47,503 nt of DNA from a virus (IMGVR_UViG_3300033562_000984:1-47503), one strand, 5' to 3'. Counted from the stretch's first letter, positions 1-9,466 are shown. Made by a program: numbers and translations. Notes: a model not told the origin generated them from the letters alone.

Positions 1-552
1 AATGTATTCACCAATTCAGTTCCTTGGCAGACTCAGTGGGGTCCTAATAGAGGTCTAATCACCAGTCCTTCGATTGCATCTTTGAATGTGAGAGCGTTCC
101 CAGATGACGTTGGCCTGCTATGCCAGAATAGAATCAACCCATCTAAGAACACTGCAGCCGGTGAATTTTTCTGGGATGACTATACTATGATGGCTAAGAG
201 TTCTATTCTCCAGAGATGGCACGCAGTATGCTTCTTGGCTAATCTGAACAAGAGATATCGCACTATCCTTGAGCAGTATGTTGCTGAGTTGAATACTCCA
301 GCTCTGAGAAAAACCATCTTCAATGTGCTAAACGAAGACCTGAACTACATCATGAATGTTGCAAGCCCTCAAGGTCTTTACAACTACTATGTGATCTGCG
401 ATGAGTCTAATAACACTCCTGCGGTTATTGATGCAGGTGAATTGAATGTCGATATTGGTTTGGAGATTGCAAGAGATACTCGAGTAATCAACCTAACCAC
501 CACCCTATACCGGACTGGCGGCATCGTTGAGTCTGGAATCAAATTAAACTAA
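1..552 (+). CDS. Tail sheath protein, C-terminal part (T4 gp18-like), truncated by window start
   Basis: Frame is open from base 1 (NVFTNSVPWQTQWGPNRGLI...). Sheath motifs NRINP and YYVICDESNNTPAVIDAGELNVDIGL; directly upstream of a tube gene. Confidence 0.93.
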   Translation, partial: NVFTNSVPWQTQWGPNRGLITSPSIASLNVRAFPDDVGLLCQNRINPSKNTAAGEFFWDDYTMMAKSSILQRWHAVCFLANLNKRYRTILEQYVAELNTPALRKTIFNVLNEDLNYIMNVASPQGLYNYYVICDESNNTPAVIDAGELNVDIGLEIARDTRVINLTTTLYRTGGIVESGIKLN

Positions 553-565
553 GGAGACTTGACTG

Positions 566-1255
566 ATGGCTATAGACAAATCAAATTTTTATTGGGTCTC
601 TGCGATGACAAGTCAAAGAGATCCAATTAGAACAACTCACTGGAGATTGAGGGTTAATACTCAGGCAGTTAAGACTGCTATGGGTAACCCCTCTATCCTT
701 GCTGATATTAACGGTGATACTGATATCTCGGTTATTGTTAAGACTGGAAGTGTACCTAAGATCCTCATAAACTCGGCTGACTCGTTCTTCATGGGTCAGA
801 AGATGGCTTTTGCCACTAACACTGAATTCGATACTGAGTCTGATTGGGAAGTTCAAGAGACTTCTGATCTAATCGCATTGAGATTCTTTGGAATGTGGAA
901 TCAATATGTTCATAATGTAGGCGCTCTGACAATCGACAAGCCTGCTAATCAGGCTATCGACCCTAATTCATCTACAGGAATGGGAATGAATCTAGGTTCT
1001 GGTAAATTCACCTCCACTGATTATCCTAATAGCTTGGTTAGAAACACTGACTGGGTTTGGCTTGAACTGTATGACTACACTCAAGGTGTCGTACTATTCA
1101 GAGTCTCATTCGTCAACTTCTGGCCTAAGAGCTTCGGTGGAATCCAATTGACACATGAAAGTCCTTCGCTGGCTAAGTGGACATTAGGTTCACATCAGGA
1201 CTACTACACTTATGTTATTCCTTCCAAGTTCGGTTCAATGGGCAATGGCTTCTAA
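566..1255 (+). CDS. Tail tube protein (T4 gp19-like), probably the major one
   Basis: Follows sheath; SD TAAGGAG; tube pattern LELYDY...VSFVNFWPKSFGGIQLTHES...DYY; followed by a terminator. Confidence 0.8.
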   Translation: MAIDKSNFYWVSAMTSQRDPIRTTHWRLRVNTQAVKTAMGNPSILADINGDTDISVIVKTGSVPKILINSADSFFMGQKMAFATNTEFDTESDWEVQETSDLIALRFFGMWNQYVHNVGALTIDKPANQAIDPNSSTGMGMNLGSGKFTSTDYPNSLVRNTDWVWLELYDYTQGVVLFRVSFVNFWPKSFGGIQLTHESPSLAKWTLGSHQDYYTYVIPSKFGSMGNGF

Positions 1256-1281
1256 CTAAAGCCCTTCCATTATTATTCAAG

Positions 1282-1304
1282 AAAGACTCGAAAGAGTCTT
1301 TTTT
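1282..1304 (+). terminator. Rho-independent terminator
   Basis: AAAGACTC-GAAA-GAGTCTTT stem-loop running into a T tract. Confidence 0.9.
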
Positions 1305-1313
1305 GTTATGTTC

Positions 1314-1319
1314 TAAATA
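1314..1319 (+). promoter_or_regulatory. Late promoter TAAATA
   Basis: CTAAATA, 5 nt, ATG 1325; no SD. Confidence 0.75.
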
Positions 1320-1324
1320 TTTTT

Positions 1325-1972
1325 ATGTTAGATAAAAGATATGGTTATTTTACAACTGCAATGGAAAAGACTTCGGAGCCTATCAGACAAAATAGGTGGG
1401 TTGTAAATTTAAACTTCTCTGAATTATCTAGTTCAGGTCAATTCCCAGATGCAGGGACTCTAACATACTCTATTAAGGAAACAGATTTCCCTGGATTCAA
1501 AACTGAAACCGATTCACTATTCTATTTCGGGGTTGAGAGAAAGCTAACTACTTCAGTGTCTAATGTAGGTCAAATAACACTAACTATTCTAGAAGGTGAG
1601 AATCTCATAGGATATAATTCAATGCTAAGATGGCTACAGCAATGTGCGAATATCAATCAACTTGCAACTAAGAGCGTTGATATAATGTCAAATAGTAGAA
1701 ATAAAGAGTTTATTATAAACGCGCCTAATTATAGTAAAGGTGAATTTGTAAACTCTAACGTCTTGAATATTGAAGTCTTTAGTTATGTCACGGGTGCAGT
1801 AATACTACGAGCCGATTTCAAAAATATTAGACCTTTTGATATCGGAAATGTAAGACTTTCATCCGAGTCAAATGAACTATATAAATTCAATGTTTCATTT
1901 GACTATGACTACGCTACAATTACAGGTAATATTGGAAAGAGATCGCCTGTAAATAATGGAGTTCTTACATAA
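1325..1972 (+). CDS. Second tail tube-fold protein, paralogue of 566..1255
   Basis: AMEKTSEPIRQNRW vs AMTSQRDPIRTTHW; IEVFSYVTGAVILRADFKNIRP vs LELYDYTQGVVLFRVSFVNFWP; ends FNVSFDYDY. Confidence 0.75.
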   Translation: MLDKRYGYFTTAMEKTSEPIRQNRWVVNLNFSELSSSGQFPDAGTLTYSIKETDFPGFKTETDSLFYFGVERKLTTSVSNVGQITLTILEGENLIGYNSMLRWLQQCANINQLATKSVDIMSNSRNKEFIINAPNYSKGEFVNSNVLNIEVFSYVTGAVILRADFKNIRPFDIGNVRLSSESNELYKFNVSFDYDYATITGNIGKRSPVNNGVLT

Positions 1973-2873
1973 CAAAAATAACCTGATTAGATGTGAATCC
2001 GGCTGCATATACCATTTTTTTAAGAGCTTCGCCTGTAGCATTGTCAGGGTTTGATAGTTTAAGTTGAGTTGGCATTCCCTCTGGCGGACATTTACTATTA
2101 AGTATTGCCTTAAACGCCGTTAGTATTCCAGACTTGTTGATTGCGTTTCTATGTATTTCTAATCCACTATTAACAACCTCCCCAGTCGAACCCTTCTCGC
2201 CTTGCGCTGTTCCATTTCCGACCATTCTATTTGAATCTCTTAGGTTAAATTGGTATTTTTTAAATGCTAAATTATACTCGTCTAATAGCTTAGAGCATGA
2301 AGTCTTAACGAATGGAATTGATCCGAGTGGTTTAGACTTCGTGGAATCGTAGCCACTGTCCCCTATTCTATTGCAAGTGAATGTTACTTTATATTCTTTA
2401 AATTTTCTATCAGATGCGTCTAAGTCATAAGAATCCATTGCAAATATTTCACAGTTTTCATATGAATATGAATTTTTAATGTTCCCATCTGAACCATATA
2501 TTGAAACTTCAACTGATACTTTAGCTCTTGTTTTAGTTGTTTCGAATTTAGCTAAATTATGATTAGTCGCAAATATAGAAGCTAGGCTCTTAATAATCTG
2601 ATTCTCACTATCCATTCTGAATGTCACGCTCAAATCTGAATATGTCTGAACCGACAGTACATTCTTAGGTTTAGCCAGTGTAGTAAGACTTACATATATA
2701 TCATCAACTAGATTAAGAGTTTCATATGGAAGTGTCACTGACTTAGCGTAAAATCGTATGTTACTGTATACTTCACCTCCATTACTATCCTTTATAGTGA
2801 CGATATACTTATTACCCACAAACCCTGATATTGTATTTCCGAAATAAGTTGTCATTTCTTGAGCTGTGTACAT
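1965..2873 (-). CDS. Tube-fold protein, baseplate tail-tube initiator (gp54-like) with C-terminal extension
   Basis: AKSVTLP...YSDLSVTFRMD...YSYENC...YKVTF pattern; downstream of the putative tape measure. Confidence 0.55.
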   Translation of the reverse strand: MYTAQEMTTYFGNTISGFVGNKYIVTIKDSNGGEVYSNIRFYAKSVTLPYETLNLVDDIYVSLTTLAKPKNVLSVQTYSDLSVTFRMDSENQIIKSLASIFATNHNLAKFETTKTRAKVSVEVSIYGSDGNIKNSYSYENCEIFAMDSYDLDASDRKFKEYKVTFTCNRIGDSGYDSTKSKPLGSIPFVKTSCSKLLDEYNLAFKKYQFNLRDSNRMVGNGTAQGEKGSTGEVVNSGLEIHRNAINKSGILTAFKAILNSKCPPEGMPTQLKLSNPDNATGEALKKMVYAAGFTSNQVIFVM

Positions 2874-2876
2874 TTA

Positions 2877-4877
2877 TTAATCTCCAAATCCTGGGTTTCC
2901 GTCACTATGCGGTTGTTCATGTGAACCATTTCTCTCACCTTTAGGTATTTCACTGAGGTTGACTACCTTAACCTTGACTTCTCCACTAGTTAACGCCTTC
3001 TTTAGTGCATCTGAACTTTCTTTTGCGCTCTTATCGCGATCCTTAATTAGCTCATCGAATCTCTTCATAAAGTCATTCATTGACTCGCTGAATATATCCT
3101 GTAGTTCTTCGAACGATGCTTCTTGATTGTCAATAGTTTCAGGCGTAGGTGTTTGGTTCGCTGAAGGAGTTGGCGCGTGAGGTCCATATACCTCAAGGTC
3201 TTTTGGAATAGGTATTGGAATCTCTTTTAATCGACTCTCAGTTTCTTTGATTTTATTTTCAATTTCACTAGTTTCTAATGTCTTATTTTTCTTTATTTCA
3301 TTTGCATTATCTAATGAAGTTCTACTCTTCAAGGCTTCAGCGAATGAAGTTTCCTTAAAGGCTTCTGCGGCTTTTTCGCTTTCAGTCTTACCATTATTTG
3401 CGAATTTAGCTCCACCTTGCTTCTCATACTCTATCATATAACCGCTCTTATCCTCACCTCCGATTACACCTTGCATTTCATCGGCGGTGATCTCAATACG
3501 CTGGGCCATAGCTTCCATTTTCTTATTGACATATTCATCTTTCTTAGCCTGCTTCTCTTCGGCTGAGAAACCTTTCATCTTCTTGTCTACTGCCTTGTTT
3601 ATTTCCTTGATTTCATTCACTAGTTCCTTGCCTAGAATCTCACGCAAATCTAAGAAGATACCTGAAATAGTATCAATTGAAGTCTGGATATTAACTGCAG
3701 TCTCTTTGATGGTGTTATCTTGATCGTGTATAATCTTAGCGTACTCTTCAACTTCAGCTAGGTTCTTTAAAAGTGTATCTGAAACTGTAGTATCTTGATT
3801 ACCCTGTGCGTCAGTTGTTAGATACTTACTTTTAATCAAAGCCTCTAATTCATCTTTTGGAAATTGATTATTCTTAATCGCGTCAGCTATCTTATTAATA
3901 TCGGCTTCACCTGGACTTGTTTCTGATGCAAACCTAGCGTCAATTCCAGTTTCAGATGTTTTCATTGCACCTGCAATTGCACCGCTTAGGTCATCAATCA
4001 GATTCTTCTGAACATCATCGGCTTGCTTTTTTACTGCAATAGCTTTATCTTGTACTTCCTTATTAACTATCATGGACTTCTGAGAGTCTTCCTTAGCTGC
4101 AACCAGACCTTCAACTTTCAATGCATTACGCTCGGCTCGCTTCTCACCTCTCTTGTCCACCATATCCATTGCCTTCTGTATGCCACCTCCGAGCACCTCC
4201 AGCGCCTCTCCGGGAATAGTACCCATACCCATAGCCTTCATAGCCATGTCAGCTCCTGCAGCCAGTAGAGTCATACTCTTACCAGTCTTACCAGAACTCA
4301 ACTTTTCCTTGAGGGTTTTCTTAGCTGTTAGATTCTTGATAGGCACGCCATCTTTGATAGCCTTGTCCATCATCTTGAAGAATTTCAACTGTTCTAATGT
4401 AGCCTTTTTATAGAAATTACTAGCATCCTTTCCAAATCCAGTAATAGCATACATTTGATGACCCTGTGCGACCGCCTTTGACAATAGGCTTAGATTAGCC
4501 TTTTCATTCTTAGTTACATTGATATTCTGGAGAGTGTCTAATAGAGATGTTAATTCAGTTGTTAGATTCTGAGTTGTAATATCGAGATTCTTCATCTGCT
4601 TTATATCAGGATTCGCATAAGTCTTAACCAGTAATTCAAGCATCTTGGTTAGCTTATCGTAATGCTTCGCATTTGGCGCATTCTTAGTAATCTTTATTAG
4701 ATTCTTAAGCTCACCTGTATCGCCTTTTGCAGTTTTGAAAGTCAGATTCAAAGCCTTAATTATATCTTCAATTCCCATGTCCTTTTTAGTAGTACTGGTA
4801 ATTCGAAGTTGCTCAACTAGCTGGTTGAGCGATATAATCATCTTCTGTAGATTAAGGTCTTTAGGATCTAATGACAT
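2877..4877 (-). CDS. Putative tape measure protein (gp29-like)
   Basis: 666 aa, K/E/A-rich predicted coiled coil with a G/A/M-rich segment; lies between gp26/gp51-like and gp54-like genes. Confidence 0.55.
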   Translation of the reverse strand: MSLDPKDLNLQKMIISLNQLVEQLRITSTTKKDMGIEDIIKALNLTFKTAKGDTGELKNLIKITKNAPNAKHYDKLTKMLELLVKTYANPDIKQMKNLDITTQNLTTELTSLLDTLQNINVTKNEKANLSLLSKAVAQGHQMYAITGFGKDASNFYKKATLEQLKFFKMMDKAIKDGVPIKNLTAKKTLKEKLSSGKTGKSMTLLAAGADMAMKAMGMGTIPGEALEVLGGGIQKAMDMVDKRGEKRAERNALKVEGLVAAKEDSQKSMIVNKEVQDKAIAVKKQADDVQKNLIDDLSGAIAGAMKTSETGIDARFASETSPGEADINKIADAIKNNQFPKDELEALIKSKYLTTDAQGNQDTTVSDTLLKNLAEVEEYAKIIHDQDNTIKETAVNIQTSIDTISGIFLDLREILGKELVNEIKEINKAVDKKMKGFSAEEKQAKKDEYVNKKMEAMAQRIEITADEMQGVIGGEDKSGYMIEYEKQGGAKFANNGKTESEKAAEAFKETSFAEALKSRTSLDNANEIKKNKTLETSEIENKIKETESRLKEIPIPIPKDLEVYGPHAPTPSANQTPTPETIDNQEASFEELQDIFSESMNDFMKRFDELIKDRDKSAKESSDALKKALTSGEVKVKVVNLSEIPKGERNGSHEQPHSDGNPGFGD

Positions 4878-4882
4878 GATAA

Positions 4883-4888
4883 TATTTA
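4883..4888 (-). promoter_or_regulatory. Late promoter TAAATA
   Basis: CTAAATA, 5 nt, ATG 4877; its TAA is the stop of the upstream small ORF. Confidence 0.75.
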
Positions 4889-5059
4889 GCCTGATATTAT
4901 TCTATGCATTTTTGAATCCCGTTCATCTTCTATCTTTCTCTGTATATTATCGATATGTTCAAAGAATTCAACTAAGAACATATCATCAAATGCATTAACT
5001 CCCGTTCCAAGTTGTTTAGAGAGTGACGCTTTCACCCTTATCAACCAGATCAGGTCCAA
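4886..5059 (-). CDS. Small gp51-like / tail assembly chaperone ORF (57 aa, absent from ORF track)
   Basis: From TTG 5059: (M)DLIWLIRVKASLSKQLGTGVNAFDDMFLVEFFEHIDNIQRKIEDERDSKMHRIISG*. Fills the gap between the gp26-like and tape measure genes; +1 frame relative to gp26-like; start uncertain. Confidence 0.65.
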   Translation of the reverse strand: MDLIWLIRVKASLSKQLGTGVNAFDDMFLVEFFEHIDNIQRKIEDERDSKMHRIISG

Positions 5060-5903
5060 TGCGGGGAATATAGTATTCTCCGTGAAAGGGGATGTGTACG
5101 AGATTTACATGACCGCACTCCTCCTTTTCGTTGCTGCATTTAAGTTGAGCTATATGAGTGAATCCCATATTACATTCATCGAATTTAGTGCTTAATACAC
5201 TATAGTCAATTAGAGATAGTTCGGCCATAAACTCAAGGGCAGTTTCAATACTCTTACCTTCAATCACTGCAGCTATTCTCAGGTTTCTGATTTCGCTTTG
5301 AGATATTTCTCTAAGACCTTCGAATTTCTTAACATGATCCTTAACACGTTTCACGTCTTTACGCTTCTCGAACTTCAACTTCACTCTTATAAGTGATTCA
5401 GGTAAATCAAATTCAGGCTCACTAGCATCTTCAGGTAGATAGTATATTGCAAAATCTGATAGTGATACTATCCTATGCAGATTGACATGACCGCAGCTCT
5501 CGCATATGAATGTTCTCCTGAGAGGGGCTTTAGAGAAGCTCTGATCTCGAAGCCACGCTAGAATATACTTACGGTCCATTTCGAGTAATTCTTCTGGGGG
5601 TACGCCTTTAATTCTACGTCTGAATACATCGTCAATGACTTCATGATTCTCTTCGTCTTGCATTGCGTGAAGTGCTATTGCATCACTAACCTTAAATGGC
5701 ATACCCTTGATGGTGATTGGAGCACCCATAGAACTTCTATAGTATCTACCACCTGAAGGAAGACCTCTAATTGGAATATAGATGTCCTTATCTTCTATTC
5801 TAACTTCATTTGGCGTTGCGTTTATGACACCTAGAGAATCTGGATCAATTCCAACACCTCTTAGTATCTCACGTTGCGCCTCGTCCATAACATGTCCAGC
5901 CAT
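5016..5903 (-). CDS. Baseplate hub assembly chaperone (T4 gp26-like)
   Basis: LPSGGRYY, ELLEMDRKYILAWLRDQS, and two Cys motifs (CESCGHVN; CSNEKEECGHVN); SD GAGG. Confidence 0.8.
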   Translation of the reverse strand: MAGHVMDEAQREILRGVGIDPDSLGVINATPNEVRIEDKDIYIPIRGLPSGGRYYRSSMGAPITIKGMPFKVSDAIALHAMQDEENHEVIDDVFRRRIKGVPPEELLEMDRKYILAWLRDQSFSKAPLRRTFICESCGHVNLHRIVSLSDFAIYYLPEDASEPEFDLPESLIRVKLKFEKRKDVKRVKDHVKKFEGLREISQSEIRNLRIAAVIEGKSIETALEFMAELSLIDYSVLSTKFDECNMGFTHIAQLKCSNEKEECGHVNLVHIPFHGEYYIPRIGPDLVDKGESVTL

Positions 5904-5919
5904 TTTTTAACCTCAGTTT

Positions 5920-5925
5920 TATTTA
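5920..5925 (-). promoter_or_regulatory. Late promoter TAAATA (divergent pair, left)
   Basis: ATAAATA, 5 nt, GAGG SD, then ATG 5903. Confidence 0.7.
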
Positions 5926-5938
5926 TTATTAGATTCCA

Positions 5939-5944
5939 TAAATA
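5939..5944 (+). promoter_or_regulatory. Late promoter TAAATA (divergent pair, right)
   Basis: ATAAATA, 6 nt, ATG 5951; no SD. Confidence 0.75.
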
Positions 5945-5950
5945 TTTTCC

Positions 5951-7276
5951 ATGTCACTAAAAGGAGTTATTAAAGGTATTAGTAGTAGTGAAGGTACTAA
6001 TGTATCTACATTTGATAAGGCGACTAAGAGTTATAAGGACGCGATTGCGAAGTTTACTGGAGTTAGTATCATTAATAATTCAGATGAACCTCAAGGATTA
6101 ATTGAAGGTATTGTTCAAGGTGATATCAAGTTAAGTGCAAATAACAATTGGAATAGTACTCTCTATTACGGTTTTACCGATGCTGCAGGTAAGGTAGGAT
6201 TCCAAGGAACTCAAGCAAGTTCTCTCATCAAACTGTCCAATACCCTAATGAACGCCGCAGGTTATACATTAGGTGGCACTGGACCGGCAAGCAAGAAAAT
6301 GTATCAAGGTTCTAATCTATCAGGTTTTACCGTTCAGTTTAAATGGTACACTCCCCTTATGACCGGATGGAAAGATGCTATTCAAGCTCTTACTATGTTG
6401 GCATGGCCAACAACAGTGAACGCTTCGAATGCTATTAGTGTTGCTAAAGTTGAACTACCAGCGCCACCTGCTGAAGGTACTCCAGGTGCTACTGTAATAG
6501 AAGGTTTAAAAAATAGAATAGCAGATCATACAAATGATGCTAATGCTTTAATAAAACTCATCAACGCTGCAATACCAATGACAGAACTCAAAATACATGG
6601 AGAGCCATCTGAAATTAGATCAAAATATCCATTTACTTCTAAGTTCGGTGATATTATGGATGAATATGATACTTGGGCTAATTCAAGTCCAACTGAACGA
6701 TTTAATATGAGTGAACCATACTCTAAGATTTTATTTTGGGCAGATAGTAATATGGATAATGCTATTGAGAAGGATAAGACCAACTTAAAAGCCTTAGAAG
6801 GCACGTTTCAATTTACTGAGGCTGATATTGGACTCGATCGTACTTATTGGGATAATACTGACACCCCATCTTACAATCCAACTGCTATTAGGCGCAACTC
6901 TGAAGGTGTTGCTGCGGCTAGTACTCCAAGTAAACAGCCTCCTGAAATTAGTGTTGTAGGGGCATTTAAAGATCTACTTAATGGGACGACTCAACTACTT
7001 ACGGGTATGATGGAATCAATCGCAGTAAACCCTCCTAAAGTATCGTTAGAGATTTTCAGTGGAACTTCATTGAAATACAGATTAGCTCCCTTGGTTATAA
7101 CAGGATTCACTATAAATGCTTCAAGAGAAACTATTGATGGTGAACCTGTAATAGTAACAGTTGATATTACATTCGATTACTACATGGTGAATGCTACTGG
7201 AGCTACGACAGGTGAGGGTCAATTGTTTGCTGGAAGTCCTATTTTCGCGGTCCCAAAGACACCAATCAGGAACTAA
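5951..7276 (+). CDS. Baseplate tail-tube cap (gp48-like) with large central insertion
   Basis: KMYQGSNLSGFTVQFKWY and C-terminal NPPKV...LVITGFTIN...DGEPVIVTVDITF; precedes gp53/gp27/gp5-like genes. Confidence 0.65.
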   Translation: MSLKGVIKGISSSEGTNVSTFDKATKSYKDAIAKFTGVSIINNSDEPQGLIEGIVQGDIKLSANNNWNSTLYYGFTDAAGKVGFQGTQASSLIKLSNTLMNAAGYTLGGTGPASKKMYQGSNLSGFTVQFKWYTPLMTGWKDAIQALTMLAWPTTVNASNAISVAKVELPAPPAEGTPGATVIEGLKNRIADHTNDANALIKLINAAIPMTELKIHGEPSEIRSKYPFTSKFGDIMDEYDTWANSSPTERFNMSEPYSKILFWADSNMDNAIEKDKTNLKALEGTFQFTEADIGLDRTYWDNTDTPSYNPTAIRRNSEGVAAASTPSKQPPEISVVGAFKDLLNGTTQLLTGMMESIAVNPPKVSLEIFSGTSLKYRLAPLVITGFTINASRETIDGEPVIVTVDITFDYYMVNATGATTGEGQLFAGSPIFAVPKTPIRN

Positions 7277-7279
7277 TAC

Positions 7280-7624
7280 ATGACATACGGAGAACTTTTC
7301 AAATCGGATTCAAATGGATTAGATCTACTATCAGCTAGGGATGCTTTTACATATACGTCATTCAATACGATAAAAATACCTCAAATGTTAGTAGGGAAGC
7401 CTTGGGTTATTGCTCAGGTTCAGTATGGGGATTTTAGGCTTTGGTGGGCCATTGTAAAAGCTAATAATATTAGAGTTCCTATGATAATGAGAGATTCTTT
7501 CAGAGTGTCCGCTAATAATTCATACACTAATAATATTATTACAGATTTCTATCTAGGGCGTGATATAATACTACCATCAATAGTAGACATTAATACATAC
7601 ATCGATAAAATAAAAGGGAAATAA
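7280..7624 (+). CDS. Baseplate wedge protein, LysM-like (gp53-like)
   Basis: KPWVIAQVQYGDFRLWWAIVKANNI...GRDIILPS. Confidence 0.85.
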   Translation: MTYGELFKSDSNGLDLLSARDAFTYTSFNTIKIPQMLVGKPWVIAQVQYGDFRLWWAIVKANNIRVPMIMRDSFRVSANNSYTNNIITDFYLGRDIILPSIVDINTYIDKIKGK

Positions 7625-7626
7625 CA

Positions 7627-8829
7627 ATGGATGGTAATTGCTACTTTAGAATCGGCACTCTTGCTATGGATGCTGGAAGTGTAATAAGCTGTACGATATA
7701 TGAGAATTTCGGGTATCTTCCTTGGGGTAAGATCAAGTTTCAAGATAAGCTAGGAATGGTTCAAGCTAATTTTGATTTTAGATCTTACACTGACATTGAG
7801 ATTACGATGGGGATGTATGACGACAATAAGGCTAAGTCTGAGATTGTCTTTAAGGCTCAGATAGTATCAAGTTCAATATCTTCTGATCGACTGGATAGTT
7901 CAACTCCTATTATAGATCTAGTGTTCATCTACAGAGGCGAAAAGGGTTCAATGCTATCAAGCATTCCTTCTGCAGGTTATGTTTCGAATACAAGCATTGA
8001 CGTATTAAAAAGCATCTTTAAGAAAAAGAATATTAACTTTGACGTAGATCCTAAAATTGTTACTATGGATCGAATGGATTGGTTATTAGTAAATCATACA
8101 GTGTTGAGTTCTATTAACTTTATATGCGATCATTCGTATATTCAGGAAAGTGCATTATTGTATGCAATAAACTTAAATGGGGTTGTAAGATTATTCTCAA
8201 TCGCCAATGTATTCAATAACTCAGAACCTGAATATACTTTTATCTACACTCCAACTGGATATAAAGATTCATGTTTAAATAACGGCGAGTTTAAGATAGG
8301 TGATCGGAAGGTAATATACTTCAACGAAAAGAGTGTTAGAAGCGATGCAGGGTTAAATCAGGATTCCGCTGCATTTGCGGTTAAGACTGTTGGGAGTGAT
8401 AGTAAATCGAATAGTATTAAGAATAAGAATTCTGGAATAGGCGCTTCTGTTGATGGTTCGCTTAACTCAACATTCTATAGGCCCACTAAGTCACCTCAAG
8501 TACATGATTTCTACGCAGAAGCTCCTTTATATAGAAAGGCTATTTTAGCTTCATATGCATATTCAATTGAGATTGCATGTGAGAATGAAACTGCTACTTC
8601 AGTTGGCAGTGTTATTGATGTATTAGACGGTGTGTATGATTCGAACAATAAATTCATAAAGGCTAGTAAAACCTCAGGTGTTCATTTTGTTATGCGTAAG
8701 GGATATCATTATGTTAGAGGTAATACAACTTCATCTTCAACTTTTAGAACTACTCTACATCTACTGGGAAATTCAACTCAAACACCTGACACCTATATCG
8801 ATAAACTACGAAAAGCAATGGGGATGTAA
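7627..8829 (+). CDS. Baseplate hub protein (gp27 / P2 gpD-like)
   Basis: SCTIYENF..LPWGKIKFQD N-terminus; SVGSVIDV...SGVHFVMRKGYHY C-terminus; lies between gp53-like and spike genes. Confidence 0.7.
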   Translation: MDGNCYFRIGTLAMDAGSVISCTIYENFGYLPWGKIKFQDKLGMVQANFDFRSYTDIEITMGMYDDNKAKSEIVFKAQIVSSSISSDRLDSSTPIIDLVFIYRGEKGSMLSSIPSAGYVSNTSIDVLKSIFKKKNINFDVDPKIVTMDRMDWLLVNHTVLSSINFICDHSYIQESALLYAINLNGVVRLFSIANVFNNSEPEYTFIYTPTGYKDSCLNNGEFKIGDRKVIYFNEKSVRSDAGLNQDSAAFAVKTVGSDSKSNSIKNKNSGIGASVDGSLNSTFYRPTKSPQVHDFYAEAPLYRKAILASYAYSIEIACENETATSVGSVIDVLDGVYDSNNKFIKASKTSGVHFVMRKGYHYVRGNTTSSSTFRTTLHLLGNSTQTPDTYIDKLRKAMGM

Positions 8830-9449
8830 TGTCACTAGTAAATACTCAAGGGGATATAAAGAATCCATCATTTGAAATACTGAGAGAGATGACTTTACCG
8901 TCTAATGGAATATCATTTAATGGAATATATCGAGGTATTGTAACTAAATGTAAGACTGACAATAATAAGCCATTATATGTAAGGGTTAAGATATTCGGAT
9001 TGACAGATGAACTCCCAAGTAAGTCACAGCCTTGGGCTAGAAGCAGTGGATCTTTTCCTATTCCATCTCCAGGTACATATGTTGACATAATGTTCGAAGA
9101 AGGTGATATTCATTTCCCAGTGTGGTCTAATCCAAGTAAGGCGAGTGGGTCAAAATTATTCACTAAAGGTCAGAAGCAAAGCAAGCAGCAAAATCAAGAG
9201 GTGTATAATTCTCAGGACGGAACTACTGTTTCATATGATAAATCTACAGGTGTCTATAGCATTGAGCATACTAGTGGGGCTAAGTGTTCTATTGACGCTA
9301 ATGGTAAATTAACACACGAATCAGGTCCTGGTGGAATTCCAATGCCTAAGTTTAGAGTTTTAACTGAAGCTGCAATATGCCCATATACAAAAGCACCTCA
9401 TACAGGCGGAAGCCCTTATTTGGAAGTCTCCGATTATCCAAAGATTTAG
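8829..9449 (+). CDS. Short central spike (gp5/VgrG OB-fold plus short beta-helix, no lysozyme domain)
   Basis: GIYRGIV...VRVKIFGL...PWA...PSPGTYVDIMFEEGDIHFPVW; EHTSGA; C-terminal CPYTKAPH. Confidence 0.85.
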   Translation: MSLVNTQGDIKNPSFEILREMTLPSNGISFNGIYRGIVTKCKTDNNKPLYVRVKIFGLTDELPSKSQPWARSSGSFPIPSPGTYVDIMFEEGDIHFPVWSNPSKASGSKLFTKGQKQSKQQNQEVYNSQDGTTVSYDKSTGVYSIEHTSGAKCSIDANGKLTHESGPGGIPMPKFRVLTEAAICPYTKAPHTGGSPYLEVSDYPKI

Positions 9450-9455
9450 TAGCTC

Positions 9456-9461
9456 TAAATA
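9456..9461 (+). promoter_or_regulatory. Late promoter TAAATA
   Basis: CTAAATA, 5 nt, ATG 9467. Confidence 0.75.
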
Positions 9462-9466
9462 TTTAA

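Noticed and set aside
82-552. TTG start at 82 from the ORF track
   Set aside because: The frame is open to base 1 with sheath motifs, so the gene begins outside the window.
4735-4998. 87-aa plus-strand ORF in the apparent gap
   Set aside because: The gap is better explained by the minus-strand gp51-like ORF and the tape measure start.
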